A stretch of DNA of 64,000 bases from an uncultured Hyphomicrobiales bacterium (lineage in GTDB: Bacteria; Bacteroidota; Ignavibacteria; Kapaibacteriales; UBA2268), in assembly GCA_964498585.1 (NCBI GenBank), contig CAZCHH010000009.1, forward strand, positions 3,613 to 67,612, read 5' to 3'. Both the position numbers and the translations under genes were made by a program. Positions 19,178-30,700 of this stretch are shown in pieces. The notes under the pieces are model-generated. The model saw nothing but the letters and a program-made list of their open reading frames with translations. It had not been told where the DNA came from and did no database searches. Position 1 is the first letter of the stretch; every line of letters begins with the position of its first letter.

Positions 19178-19798
19178 CTATAAATCAGTTGTATCTATAT
19201 ATGCAATATTATCTTTAATATCCACAATTAAAGCCCTTTCACCCGTAACAAACTCGTTTTTGCTGCTTGCTTCTGAAACAATTGCCTGCAATTCGATTAT
19301 TTGTTCTTCCAGATATACGATTATTTTGCCCTTTTGTTCTTTTTTTACTGGCAGAGTAACTTTGCAAATCTTTCCTTTTAAATCCGATGTTTCAATCCCT
19401 TTTCCTGTTTCGGAATCTTTCAAATATTTAAACAGCTTGTATCCAAAAATCCATGACAAAGCACCGATTGCTCCCGATGCGAGAAGTGAAATAAAAGCAG
19501 ATATGCTTAACAAGGTGAACGTAGTGCCAGTCAGCCCAAAGAAAGTAAGGAAATAGATTACGTTGCGAAAACTGATGAATTTCACAGCATCTTTGAGTTC
19601 TGTTTGGGAATGGACTACCTGATGTTCAAAATGGTCAATATGAGCTATTTCTGTATCGGTAGCTGCATCTAATTCAGGCGCATCGTGCATACCCAACTCG
19701 GCAGAATGTTCCATATCGCCGGAATCGTGACCGCCAAAAAGAGAAATACCAAGCAGAATTCCTCCGAAAATCAGACAACATAAATAGAATGTTAGCAT
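19178..19798 (-). CDS. NfeD-like membrane protein (YuaF-like), partner of the flotillin gene.
   Basis: Transmembrane segments plus a C-terminal OB-fold-like region. Immediately upstream of the flotillin gene on the same strand. Confidence 0.55.
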   Translation of the reverse strand: MLTFYLCCLIFGGILLGISLFGGHDSGDMEHSAELGMHDAPELDAATDTEIAHIDHFEHQVVHSQTELKDAVKFISFRNVIYFLTFFGLTGTTFTLLSISAFISLLASGAIGALSWIFGYKLFKYLKDSETGKGIETSDLKGKICKVTLPVKKEQKGKIIVYLEEQIIELQAIVSEASSKNEFVTGERALIVDIKDNIAYIDTTDL

Positions 19799-19930
19799 AA
19801 TATTTTAAATTTTTAATAAAACTGCAAATTAATCAAATTTTGGAAAAAAGCAAATGGAAATATTTGGGGGTAAGTGTAATGAAAGAAAATTTATTTTAAA
19901 AGAAATGAAAAATTCCTGAAAATTGAAATG

Positions 19931-20107
19931 ATTATAAATTAATTACTAAATCATTCTTCACATCGTTATAAATATCATTGAGATTTTCTATGAGTTCTTC
20001 TAATGATAAGCCCTGTGTTAAATATTCAGGATATTCATTCATATAGCCAATCCAGAATTCTTTATCCTGCCAATATGTAATTTTTGTTTTATTAATAATA
20101 TTAATTA
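19931..20107 (-). pseudogene. HicB-like (UPF0150) antitoxin-domain ORF without a canonical start codon. Possible remnant or ORF with a non-canonical start.
   Basis: Translation ITYWQDKEFWIGYMNEYPEYLTQGLSLEELIENLNDIYNDV matches the HicB N-terminal pattern (..DGGY.A.VPELPGC.TQGDTLEEALEN..EAI). There is no ATG, GTG or TTG start. Confidence 0.35.
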
Positions 20108-20518
20108 TTTAAAAATACATAAAATTAATAGAATTTTAAATATTTCAGATAAATCGTTTATTTAAAATTTATTCATTTTGTTTGTTAACGAATATTTATT
20201 TATTTTATTTCTATTTATGCAATTTATATAAATTAGAAAAAAGTAATTGGAAATATTAAATAAGCTTGTGTTTGACTATAAGAATGATGATGAACCCATT
20301 ATGTATAGCAATTATTCTACATTAAGTTAAGTTTTTATTTCTTTGATATTCGAATTAAATTACTTATTTTTACTCAATAGTAATTTGATTTTATTTTATT
20401 GAGTTTGTAATATAACTACATACAATATAATAAAATATTCACTTTTATTAATTTGAATTGGAAATTAATAATAAATAATTATTTTAGTTTTTTAAAAATA
20501 ATAGAACAAGGAGTAAAT

Positions 20519-21832
20519 ATGTCGCTATATCGTAATCTGACTCAAGAGCAGGTTGTTTTACGTGATACAGTCAGACGTTTAGCTGAAGAATACATCAATC
20601 CTGTTGCCCAGGAATTAGATGACAATGAACAATTTAGCGTAGAATTAACTAAGAAATTTGCCGAACTTGGATTTCTCGGGGCTTTTCTTCCGGAAAACTA
20701 TAATGGCACTTCATTAGATTATTTATCATATATTATTTTAGTTGAAGAAATTGCACGTGTTGATGCTTCTCAGGCAGCTACTATAGCAGCGCAAAACTCG
20801 TTCGGAATTGCACCTATTTTACTTTTTGGTACTGAAAAACAGAAAAAAAAGTATTTACCAAAATTAGCTAAAGGAAATTTATGGAGTTTCGCAGTTACTG
20901 AATATATTTCTGGCTCCGATATAGGCAATATTGAAACAAAAGCTGAGAAAAAAGGAAAGAAGAATTGGATTTTAAGTGGCTCAAAAGCTTTTGTAACTAA
21001 TGCATCAACTGAAATATCTATTGGCTCAACAATACTTGCCCTTACAAAAAATGAAATAATAAAAATACCAGATGAAACTATTAATCAGGCAAATAAAATC
21101 AATAATCAAGGAAATGAAACAGAAAAACAAAAAACAAAAATCATAAAAGAATTCACATTTTTTTTAGTTGACAGAGCTACTCAGGGCTATAGAGCCACTC
21201 CTTTGAAAAATCGATTGTCCTGGCGAGCTTCTGATATTAGTGAAATTATAATAGATGAATGCTGTGTGCCAAGTGATAATATTCTCGGGAATGAAGGTGA
21301 TGGCTTAAAAATACTTCAAACTTGCTTGGACAATGGACGTCTTGCCGTTGCTGCAATTGGATTAGGTATTGCTCAAGGTGCTTTCGATTATGCTCTTCGA
21401 TATGCAAAAAATCGAAAAACATTCGGTAATCCCATTTGTTCTCATCAGGCAATTGCTTTTAAATTAGCAGATATTGAAGTTGGAATTGAACTTGCCCGAA
21501 ATTATCTTTACGATGCCTGCAGAATGCTTGATATGGGCGAAACTATTTCTAAAGAAAGTGCTGTTGCTAAATTATATTGCTCTGAACTAGCTCAACTCGC
21601 TGCAGAGCATTGTATTCAAATTTTAGGTGCTTATGGCATTATGAAAGAATATAAAGCTGAGAGATTTTTCCGCGACCAAAGAGCTTTGCAAATCATTGAA
21701 GGTACTTCCGAACTGCAAAGAATGATAATTGCTCGGCTACTCGGTTGCTTCGATAATTTAAATGAGCCAATTGATAATACTCAATTACCAGATGATACAA
21801 AATTGCAAAATAATTCTCAATTACAAAATTAA
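20519..21832 (+). CDS. Acyl-CoA dehydrogenase.
   Basis: ACAD N-terminal, middle and C-terminal motifs present, including EGTSELQRMIIAR near the C-terminus. Start set at the ATG that follows AAGGAG. Confidence 0.8.
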   Translation: MSLYRNLTQEQVVLRDTVRRLAEEYINPVAQELDDNEQFSVELTKKFAELGFLGAFLPENYNGTSLDYLSYIILVEEIARVDASQAATIAAQNSFGIAPILLFGTEKQKKKYLPKLAKGNLWSFAVTEYISGSDIGNIETKAEKKGKKNWILSGSKAFVTNASTEISIGSTILALTKNEIIKIPDETINQANKINNQGNETEKQKTKIIKEFTFFLVDRATQGYRATPLKNRLSWRASDISEIIIDECCVPSDNILGNEGDGLKILQTCLDNGRLAVAAIGLGIAQGAFDYALRYAKNRKTFGNPICSHQAIAFKLADIEVGIELARNYLYDACRMLDMGETISKESAVAKLYCSELAQLAAEHCIQILGAYGIMKEYKAERFFRDQRALQIIEGTSELQRMIIARLLGCFDNLNEPIDNTQLPDDTKLQNNSQLQN

Positions 21833-21925
21833 GCTCAAACTAAAAATACAAACAAAATTGCAAAATATTTGACTTAAATTTATGAATATTACAAGATGAA
21901 GGAATAAGAAAAATTAAGAAATATG

Positions 21926-22492
21926 TTATTTTTTCTTTAGAATTCTTCCGTAACCGGCAAAAATATTTTTATAATAATAATCATTTAAAGATTGAACAGT
22001 AACACCAACTGAAGAAGAAGAATGAACAAATTCATCATTCCCGACATAAATTCCAACATGGCTAATCTTATTGTTAGTTTTAAAAAAAACTAAATCGGCA
22101 ATTTCTCTGTTATCATAGAAAACTTTTTCAGAATAAATATATTGGTCAGCAGCAGTTCTTGGTAAATAAATATTGATTTTTGCAAAGACCTGCTTAACGA
22201 ATCCAGAGCAATCAACACAATTATTATTTTCACCACCCCAGCAATAAGGAATACCAATCCATTTATTTGCTTCATCAAGTATAGCATTTTGCTGTGAAGT
22301 TAGTTTCGTTCTATCAATTATCTTTGGATTTATTTTCTTTATTTTTTCTGATGATTTTGCTGCCTTTCTTTTAGTAGAGCTGCTTTCAGCTACTTTTGAA
22401 GAAAAACGAATAGTTGATTGACAACCTGCTAAAAGGATTATCACTGAAATATATATAAAATATTTGCTTATTATTTCTAATCTTATTATCAT
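21926..22492 (-). CDS. NlpC/P60-family peptidoglycan-hydrolase lipoprotein.
   Basis: Lipobox LAGC. Catalytic Cys in DCSGFV and His in HVGIYVG. Confidence 0.75.
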   Translation of the reverse strand: MIIRLEIISKYFIYISVIILLAGCQSTIRFSSKVAESSSTKRKAAKSSEKIKKINPKIIDRTKLTSQQNAILDEANKWIGIPYCWGGENNNCVDCSGFVKQVFAKINIYLPRTAADQYIYSEKVFYDNREIADLVFFKTNNKISHVGIYVGNDEFVHSSSSVGVTVQSLNDYYYKNIFAGYGRILKKK

Positions 22493-22645
22493 AATGAATA
22501 TAATTACAAAATTTATACCAATAATACAATTAGTATTTTTTCAAAATTATGAAAGAAAATTAAAAATTTATAATTTTTAAAAATATATTAATAAAATCAG
22601 ATTTTAAACGTTATTACTTAAAAATTTTAACATTAAAGGTGATTT

Positions 22646-23431
22646 ATGAAAAAATCAATAACAATTACTTTATTTTTAATATTGATGGCAATTCCCATTT
22701 ATTCGCAAGATGACCAAATTGACGATTTAAATTTTGAACCTACCCAGTTAGAAGAGTCAAGTATTCCTTATTTCGGAATAGCTGGAGGTTATACTGGCAC
22801 TTTCTTCTTTCCAAAATTTGATGATTTGAATTCTCATTTAAAAAGTATGGGCTTTCAATTAGGAGAATTTGAAACTCCAATGTATTTAAATGGTGTTCAG
22901 GGTTTTACTGCTATTGGGATTATTCCTAATATAAGAATTGGGTTTTTTGGAGTAACCGGCTCTAAAACACAAAAAGCAAATTTTAATATTAATGGCGCTA
23001 GTGTTGAACAAGGATTAGATTATTACGTTTCTCTAACCGGAATTAACATTGATTATGGTTTTGTGCCATTTAAATCATTGGCTATTTTGCCCGGAATCAA
23101 TTTAGGCTGGGGCGGACTTACATTAGAATCCTATCAGGGAGTTAAAGACATAGACTGGACTCATTTCAAATCTGAAGTAGATACCTTGAGTTTTATGAAT
23201 CGGGCAAAATCAACTTTTTCTTTTATTCAGCCAAATTTAAACATTGAATTTACTTTGACTTCTTATTTTATGATTAGAGGAAGCGTTGGATACAATTATT
23301 CATTTGCTTTAACAGGAGATTGGGAATGGGAAATGAATAAATATTCCAATCTAAAGAATGTTCCTTCCGGAATCAATGCAAACGGACTTACAGCCCAGTT
23401 AGGTATCTTTTTAGGACTATTTAATTATTAA
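22646..23431 (+). CDS. Outer-membrane beta-barrel protein.
   Basis: Signal peptide. Alternating-hydrophobic beta-strands, with a C-terminal strand ending in an aromatic residue (LGLFNY). Confidence 0.45.
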   Translation: MKKSITITLFLILMAIPIYSQDDQIDDLNFEPTQLEESSIPYFGIAGGYTGTFFFPKFDDLNSHLKSMGFQLGEFETPMYLNGVQGFTAIGIIPNIRIGFFGVTGSKTQKANFNINGASVEQGLDYYVSLTGINIDYGFVPFKSLAILPGINLGWGGLTLESYQGVKDIDWTHFKSEVDTLSFMNRAKSTFSFIQPNLNIEFTLTSYFMIRGSVGYNYSFALTGDWEWEMNKYSNLKNVPSGINANGLTAQLGIFLGLFNY

Positions 23432-23564
23432 CTCACATTTGCACATTCCCCTCTTGAGAGGGGAATGGAACTTGTGTTATAAAATAATCCAGATTAACTT
23501 GTTTAAATCTTATATAAGAATGTGTAAGTTGAGATTCGAATTCAAATATGTTTTATTTCCATAT

Positions 23565-24221
23565 CTAATCTAAAATTTTTCTCATTTCTTTTATATTTTG
23601 GACTAAATCCCCTTTGAATAATCCGGAGCCACTAACAAGTATATTAGCACCAGAGCTGGCAATTTCTTTTACATTATCCAGCTTTACTCCGCCATCAACT
23701 TCAATTTCAACTTCTGATAAATTATTATAATCTAAATATTCTCTTAAAGTTTTTGCACGTTTGTGAAATGAATTAATGAAATTTTGCCCACCGAAACCGG
23801 GATTAACAGACATCAGCAAAATAAAATCGCAGTATTCTGCTGCTTCAAAAGCAAAATCCAAAGGGGTAATTGGATTTAAAGCAATACCGGCTTGAATATT
23901 AAAACTTTTTATGTATGAAAGTGTTCGATGAAGGTGTGGAACGGCTTCTACGTGAACAGAAATCATATTTGCTCCGGCACGAACAAAATTTTCAATGAAT
24001 ATGTCCGGCTCGCTTATCATTAAATGGCAGTCTATCGGAAGCTTTGTAAGTTTTGCAATCGGTTCAACAAGCAAAGGACCAACAGTTATGTTTGGGACGA
24101 AATGTCCGTCCATAACATCAAAATGAAGTATATCTGCTCCTCCTTCTTCACATCGTCTTATTTCTAATTCTAAATTCGCAAAATTTGCTGAAAGTAATGA
24201 TGGCGCTATTTTATTTTTCAT
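23565..24221 (-). CDS. rpe: Ribulose-phosphate 3-epimerase.
   Basis: Motifs SLLSANF...DVMDGHFVPN...GGV are characteristic of Rpe. Confidence 0.9.
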   Translation of the reverse strand: MKNKIAPSLLSANFANLELEIRRCEEGGADILHFDVMDGHFVPNITVGPLLVEPIAKLTKLPIDCHLMISEPDIFIENFVRAGANMISVHVEAVPHLHRTLSYIKSFNIQAGIALNPITPLDFAFEAAEYCDFILLMSVNPGFGGQNFINSFHKRAKTLREYLDYNNLSEVEIEVDGGVKLDNVKEIASSGANILVSGSGLFKGDLVQNIKEMRKILD

Positions 24222-24298
24222 TTTTTTTCAAAGTTAAGCAGAGATGTAATACCTGAAATGGACTGCATCTCTGCCTGATTACCTTTATGAATTAAGAA

Positions 24299-25123
24299 TT
24301 ATTTTGCTACTTTATATCGAATTAATTCAGTTATAAAACCTAAATAATCATAAGTTTGAAATACTATTGGAATCTCGATTGTATGTGATTCTAAATGAGT
24401 TTTTACTATTCCGATATTTTCTGCTAACCAAATATGATAATTCAAATTAAAACCGAAATCCTTTGTTAATGGTAAAGGACTACTAACAGAAATTTCACCA
24501 TCAAAAGAAATTGGAATTGTATATTTTATAGCATTAACACTTGCTCCGTCAACAGAAATTGATTCTTCTGCTGTCCTCTTTGATTTAATTTTCATAACAC
24601 CGTTTATTTTTATATCTCCAAGTGGTGTGTCCGGTATAGTAAAATCAGTTATATCCTTACTGTAAACTTCACGCTCGCCAGCATTTTTTGTATCGATAAT
24701 TCTTAACAGAGTGTCGTTAATATTGAAAGGTAGTTCAAACCCACCTAATTCTTCAAATTGAAAAAAGCTGTTCATATAGTTTGAACGAATATACAAACTG
24801 TTATTTTCATAAATTAATTGCATTTCGTTTTGTTTTTCATAGTTATTATCAATTAAAGTAAAAATATCATATTTGCTAAGTGTTTTGCCGAAAGCAAGTT
24901 CTGTTCCTGTAATAGCTGCTGAATCAATCGAAGGATTATTGGGGCTTTCTTTTTGGTTCTCAATATCCAAAGAAAAATCATTGAAAATCCAATAATTTCC
25001 TGTAGTACTTGGAAAATAATTCTTCGTTGTGTCTGGTTCATTGCTTGTTCCTGAATCATCAGAACAAGAAACGGCAAAAAATACCAATGCTATCAGCATT
25101 ACTGTAAATTTGAGATTTTTCAT
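24299..25123 (-). CDS. Hypothetical lipoprotein.
   Basis: Signal peptide and lipobox (AVSCSDD). Confidence 0.4.
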   Translation of the reverse strand: MKNLKFTVMLIALVFFAVSCSDDSGTSNEPDTTKNYFPSTTGNYWIFNDFSLDIENQKESPNNPSIDSAAITGTELAFGKTLSKYDIFTLIDNNYEKQNEMQLIYENNSLYIRSNYMNSFFQFEELGGFELPFNINDTLLRIIDTKNAGEREVYSKDITDFTIPDTPLGDIKINGVMKIKSKRTAEESISVDGASVNAIKYTIPISFDGEISVSSPLPLTKDFGFNLNYHIWLAENIGIVKTHLESHTIEIPIVFQTYDYLGFITELIRYKVAK

Positions 25124-25540
25124 AAATAATTCCTATAATAATTTTTTTTCAATATATTTATAAAACAAATTTAGCTAATAAATGTAAAATAACAAAACAG
25201 AAATCATTGCTAAATTCATTTGGAGAATTAATTTTCATTTTTAAGTAATAAGGTCCTTACCTAATTTAACTCTAAAACATTAAGAAAAGAGTTTAATAAT
25301 AGTTATATTCTGAATTTTTACATTTAATATTATATTTTGTTATCAAAATTTAATATTATATGATATTATAATCATATTAATTAATAATCAAATCTGTATT
25401 ATAATAATAAAATGTCATTTAATTATTATTAAAAAATAGTTAAATATAAATATAATTTACTTTTTTATAATAATAATTTATTTAATCGCTATAGAAACTA
25501 TTAAGATAATAATAATTAAATAGAAGAAAATATCAAAAAA

Positions 25541-25735
25541 TTAAAAGATAGAAGTAATTAAATAAAAGGAAGAAACAAAAAAACGAAAGGAAGAAGAAAA
25601 TAAATAAAAGAAAGAAATAAATAATCGAAAAAAAGAAGCATTTAGACGAAAGGAAGAAACAAAAAAACAAAAGAAAAAGGCAAAAAAATAAAAGAAAGAG
25701 GTAATTAAATACAATAAATGAATAAGGGATTTCAT
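25541..25735. repeat. Homopurine (A/G only) tract of about 190 bp containing two imperfect ~70-bp direct repeats.
   Basis: Unit aaaggaagaaacaaaaaaacgaaaggaagaag...aaaggaagaaacaaaaaaacaaaagaaaaagg. The reverse strand is pure pyrimidine. Confidence 0.7.
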
Positions 25736-25868
25736 AATTTAATTTCAGAACTCCTAACTCCTTTATTTTCGTTATGGGGTCCGGAGCTCTGATATTAAAG
25801 AACTTATTTTCTCTTACTCATATACATTTTCAGAAAGGGATAGAGAAAAAACTTTTATTTAACAACTA

Positions 25869-26441
25869 TTAGAACCAAAAATAACTGATTTGAGCAAAAA
25901 TCCCTTTTTTGTTATGGTAACCGACACCGAAGCCGATATATTCTTCTAATAGATACTGCAAACCAGCACCGAAAGTAATACCGGATGTCGTTTCCGTTTT
26001 ATACATATAAAGGTCACTTAGCTTATTTTCAGAATCTCTTTTTCTTGCTAAAACCGAATCAGCTTGAGTAAAAAAGCCGACATTTCCAAAAACAGAAAAA
26101 TAATCATCAATATCGTAGAATAAATAACCATCTAAACTTAAAATAATAGTAGGGTAATTTTCTGTTGAAGCAATATCTTCTGGTCTGATCCTTTCGTAAG
26201 TAATATAATTAGGAATATCTTTAGCAAAACCAGCTAAATTAAGTCCAAATCCTAAGTAAGAATAACGGAAACCAAGCCCTGCACCAAGTCCATTTTCTCC
26301 GTAGCCAATGTCTAAGAATAATTGCTTAATATTTAACGGTTCATCATAATCGCCATAATAATCATCATCTTGCGAAAATGCACTGTTCGATAATGCAACA
26401 ACAAAACACAGCATTAGCAAAATATTTAATAATTTTTTCAT
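25869..26441 (-). CDS. Outer-membrane beta-barrel protein (OmpA-beta-barrel/porin-like).
   Basis: Signal peptide, alternating beta-strands, C-terminal AQISYFWF. Confidence 0.45.
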   Translation of the reverse strand: MKKLLNILLMLCFVVALSNSAFSQDDDYYGDYDEPLNIKQLFLDIGYGENGLGAGLGFRYSYLGFGLNLAGFAKDIPNYITYERIRPEDIASTENYPTIILSLDGYLFYDIDDYFSVFGNVGFFTQADSVLARKRDSENKLSDLYMYKTETTSGITFGAGLQYLLEEYIGFGVGYHNKKGIFAQISYFWF

Positions 26442-26501
26442 CGAAATATCCTTTTTATTTGTAAATATAAGTTAATAAATTTCATTTTTAAGTATTATTT
26501 A

Positions 26502-27266
26502 TTAGAAATTTTCTTTAAGATAATTTTTTAAAGAATTATAAGAAATACTATTAATGCTCTCATTAATACAAAAATCTTTAAAATTATTGAGGAGCGGTAT
26601 TAATTTTTTGTCAAAGAGAAAAAAATCAATGAAATCAGTGGGAATTTCTATATTATCGAAATCCAGTCCATTGATATTAAAATAATTGAAAAAGGGCTGA
26701 ATTAAATTACAAAATAAGTCTTCATTCAGATTTGCAGTATTTTCATTGTCGATTCTTTCAACCAATTCCTGAAACCAGAAAACAGAGCAACTCATCTCCT
26801 GCGATTTTTCAATTTCATTTTTAATTGCTTTGATTAAATAATTATAATCTGAGAAATAAAGAAGTAATCTCTTTATTTCATCATATTGCTTTTGTTTTTC
26901 CTTTTTAAAAATAAAACTTGTTAATGTGTTTCTAGGTCTTAACAAATAATTAATTTTAAATTTCACAGCACTTTCAGCAACTTCATAAAATATAGCTATT
27001 GGGAAGCGGGAATTGAAAAAATATTCTTTATCCAAAGTAGAAAATAAACTTTTAATTTTGTTAGTATTTGTATTAAAAAATTGATTTGCTTCGCGGGCTA
27101 ATCCTTCTTGATAAATCCACCAGGAGACTTCTGCAAGGAAAAATGTTCTGTAGCTTTTATCAATTTTTTTATTCTTTAATATATCAATAAGATAGATATG
27201 GCTCGAAGTTGTAGAAAACTCTTTTTTTATTTTATTAATTTCTCTGTCTATGATTTGTTTGAACAT
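26502..27266 (-). CDS. Hypothetical protein.
   Basis: 254-aa ORF with coding-like composition and no recognisable motif. Confidence 0.35.
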   Translation of the reverse strand: MFKQIIDREINKIKKEFSTTSSHIYLIDILKNKKIDKSYRTFFLAEVSWWIYQEGLAREANQFFNTNTNKIKSLFSTLDKEYFFNSRFPIAIFYEVAESAVKFKINYLLRPRNTLTSFIFKKEKQKQYDEIKRLLLYFSDYNYLIKAIKNEIEKSQEMSCSVFWFQELVERIDNENTANLNEDLFCNLIQPFFNYFNINGLDFDNIEIPTDFIDFFLFDKKLIPLLNNFKDFCINESINSISYNSLKNYLKENF

Positions 27267-27713
27267 AATTTCAAATTTTAAATAAGTATCTTACAATGTA
27301 TTAAATGTTAAATAAATAAAGTCATAACTAATTAATTACGTTCATTTTTGTAGTTAACAAACAATAATTATTAAAAATAAAAGATTTACTTTGAAAGCAA
27401 ATATAAAAAAAGTAATTGTAAAAAACAACGCATTTGTATTAATTCAGAGTGAAAAGCAAATAAAATAAGCATAAAGCAATTTGTAATTTATTGCGAAATT
27501 ATTCATTATGAGTCAAATATAATCCATTTATTTTTAGTTATTGAGAAGAATTATTAAAATTTAAAAATGAAAAAAGAATGAAAATATATCATAAAAATAT
27601 AAATTTGTTACTTTTTTTTAAAAATGTGTTGTCTTATTAATGAAATATTATTAAATTAGATATTGTATAAAGAAAAAAAAATAATTTAATAAATAAATAA
27701 TTAAGGTATAAAA

Positions 27714-30700
27714 ATGAAAAGCAAAATACTATTTACAACGTCATTTTTTTTATTTCTTTTGTTGTTTTTCTCACCAGTATTAAAATCAAATTATGATTTA
27801 GAAGAAATCAAGAAAAATTTGCCTAAGATGCTAGGTGCAAATAACCTTGGAAGAGATTTCTACATAACATTTCATCCCTGCTGGGAGACAGAAAATGCTA
27901 GAAATGACTTAAGAATTTATGTTTCTTCTGGCGTTGAAACTAATGTAACATTAGAAATTGAAGGAAAAAGTATTAAGCAGACGAAAAAAACGATTGCTAA
28001 CGATATTATCGAATTTAAACTAAATCCAGCCGAAGGACAATGCTATCAGAAATCAGACCAGGTACCGCCAGAACCAGAGCAGGTTTATGAGGGTTATGCA
28101 ATCCATATTTATTCTGATGACCCAATTATTTGCTACGGCGTTACCCGTTACCAATATACAAGTGATGGATTCTTAGCTTTGCCTGTTCAAGCATTGGGCA
28201 AGGAATATCTTGTAGCATCTTATGCTGACCCAACAATGAACACATTTCAATGGTTGCCAAGCTATACAAGTGTTGTTGCTGCTTATGATAATACAAAAGT
28301 ACGTTTTATTCTTGGTGGAACAGAATGGACAGTAACGCGTGGTGGTTTAAAGCCCGGTGAGTATAAAGAATATTCAATGAATAGGGGAGATGTATTACTT
28401 ATTCCCGGTTACGGTGCATTTGCTGATTTATCTGGTAGCCGTGTTATTGCTTCAAGGCCTGTTGGTGTTATATCCGGAAATTTTTGTGCATACATACCTA
28501 GCGATAAAGGATATTGTGATTTTATTATAGAAATGGAATTACCGACAAACACCTGGGGTAGAGATTATTTTGTTACACGAATGAAGAGTAGAAAAAAGAA
28601 CTCAATAATAAAAATCTTTGCTAAAGAACCGAATACAAAAATATACAGAGATGGAAGACAAATAGCAATTATTCCAAATGTAGGAGGAGTGCTGGGGCTT
28701 GGATATTTAGAAATCCGTTCAGACGATGGCGACCCAAGAAGTGTTGTTATTTCTGGCGATAAACCGATAAATGTAACACAATTTAATCCGGGTGAAGATG
28801 ATGATAATGTTGTAAGCGACCCATTCCAATTAGTTCTAACTCCATTAGAGCAATTTCAAACAGAAATAATTTTCAATACCCCCGGAATTCGAGGTGGATT
28901 TGGTTTCCCAACGAATTATGTGAATATTGTCTATGAAGCAGAAGAAAATGGTAGTATGCCAGACGACCTCCAGCTTGGTACCGTATTGGGCAGTGAAGTA
29001 ACTTGGCGAAAAGTTAATACAATAGATGCAAATCCCGGAGACCCTTTTGCTTATGAAGTAAATGGAAAGAAATTTAACGGGAAAATGGTTCAACTCGATG
29101 GCGATGGCGTCTATCGTCTTAGAGCTAACAAACCATTCTGTGCTTATGCTTATGGTTTCTCTGATTACGATTCTTATGGTTTTCCAACTAGCGTTGCTCT
29201 TGGTGATTTAACTAAGCCGGATACCGTTTGTCCTTATCCTACCTGGACAATGGATTGCGCTGGTATAATTGCTAACGGTAATGTACTTGATTTGCCAAAC
29301 AATGATGAAGTGAGGTCTAATCTTTCAATTATCTATCATCATAGTGACCTAAGCTTCAATTTTGATTTTTCTTATGCTGATTTTATGCCAGGAGAAGATA
29401 AAGAGACGGAATGGAGAGCAAATGTAATTGACCCGACAAAAGATGCCCGTTTAGTAATTACTTTTTCAGACAGACGTGGTAACGATACTTTATTAGTTAT
29501 CAACTTCTATGCTCCAAAATTTACAATCAGACCTGTATATGCTGATTACGGTTTGCTTGAGGTTGGAGATGTTGTCGATAAAACTTTTTGGGTAATTAAT
29601 GAAAGCAAAACAAGCGATGTTTATATTGAAGAATTAAAATTAAAATTTGAAAATGAAAATTTCCAGATAATTGGATTTGGATTGCCTACTATTATTCCAC
29701 CTATGGATTCTATTCCTTTTACAGTTCGTTTTACAGCTACTTTAACGACTCAAACGCGTTTTCGTGATTCAATAGGAGTTGGAGACACTTGCATTTTCTC
29801 ATATAAAGCACTTGTAGAAGCAAGAGTTGGTGAACCTACTATAGAAGTTACTGATGCTAACTTTGGTGATGTTACTGTTGGTAGGACTGTAAACAGGGAT
29901 ATTTATATAAAAAATGGTGGAAGTACTGACCTAGTGATTACTGGTTATACCGGACCTGCTGAAAGTGTTTATAATACTGATTTACCATACATCAGTGAAG
30001 ATGAACCTCTTATTATTCCATCTGGAGTAACTAAAAATTATGTTGTAAGTTTTACTCCAACTGCAGAGAGGTATTATCCTGACCAAATCTTATTCTTTAA
30101 TAATGCTAATAGAATAGACAGCATTGCAATTTTGAATGGCAGAGGCATTAAATCAGATTTAATTTCAAATTCTTATGATTGGGGACGTAAAAGAATTAGT
30201 CGTCCTGCTTTCCCAATTGACCCATACCCAGCTGAAAACAATGTCATTCATTTAGAAAATAACGGTAGCGATGAAGTAAAAATTTATGATTTAGATATAC
30301 AGACAGATAATAAAGGGAATGCATTTATTTTTGATAGAGAGCGCTTTAAAAATTTAACTATACCAGCCGGCGCTACTGTAGATGTTCCTGTAACATTCCA
30401 TCCTACTGAAACTGGTGAGCATGAACTTATTTTCCGTTATCAAAATACTGCTGGCAGCGAAACAGAAACTATTTTAAAAGGTATTGGAATTGTCCCAAGA
30501 ATAGTTACAAGTGATTATGACTTTGGAACAACTATTGTTAACGACATCCAGCATCCGAATGAAAGAACTATAGTTTTTACAAATGAAGCTTGGGAATTCG
30601 GTGATTCTTTAACAATTACTGATTTCACATCACTTCCAAATGCAAATTCTATTTCTTCAGTTTGGGATAATTTTGGAACAGAAGGATTTAAATACAACGA

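Noticed and set aside
24245-24290. Hairpin gcagagatg...catctctgc, considered as a terminator.
   Set aside because: It is flanked by a T-run on the wrong side for either strand, so it is not a canonical intrinsic terminator.
25541-25735. The 64-aa Phe/Ser-rich ORF on the minus strand, considered as a real small membrane protein.
   Set aside because: It is a direct consequence of the homopyrimidine strand of the purine tract. It is extremely low in complexity, so it is kept as a DNA feature only.
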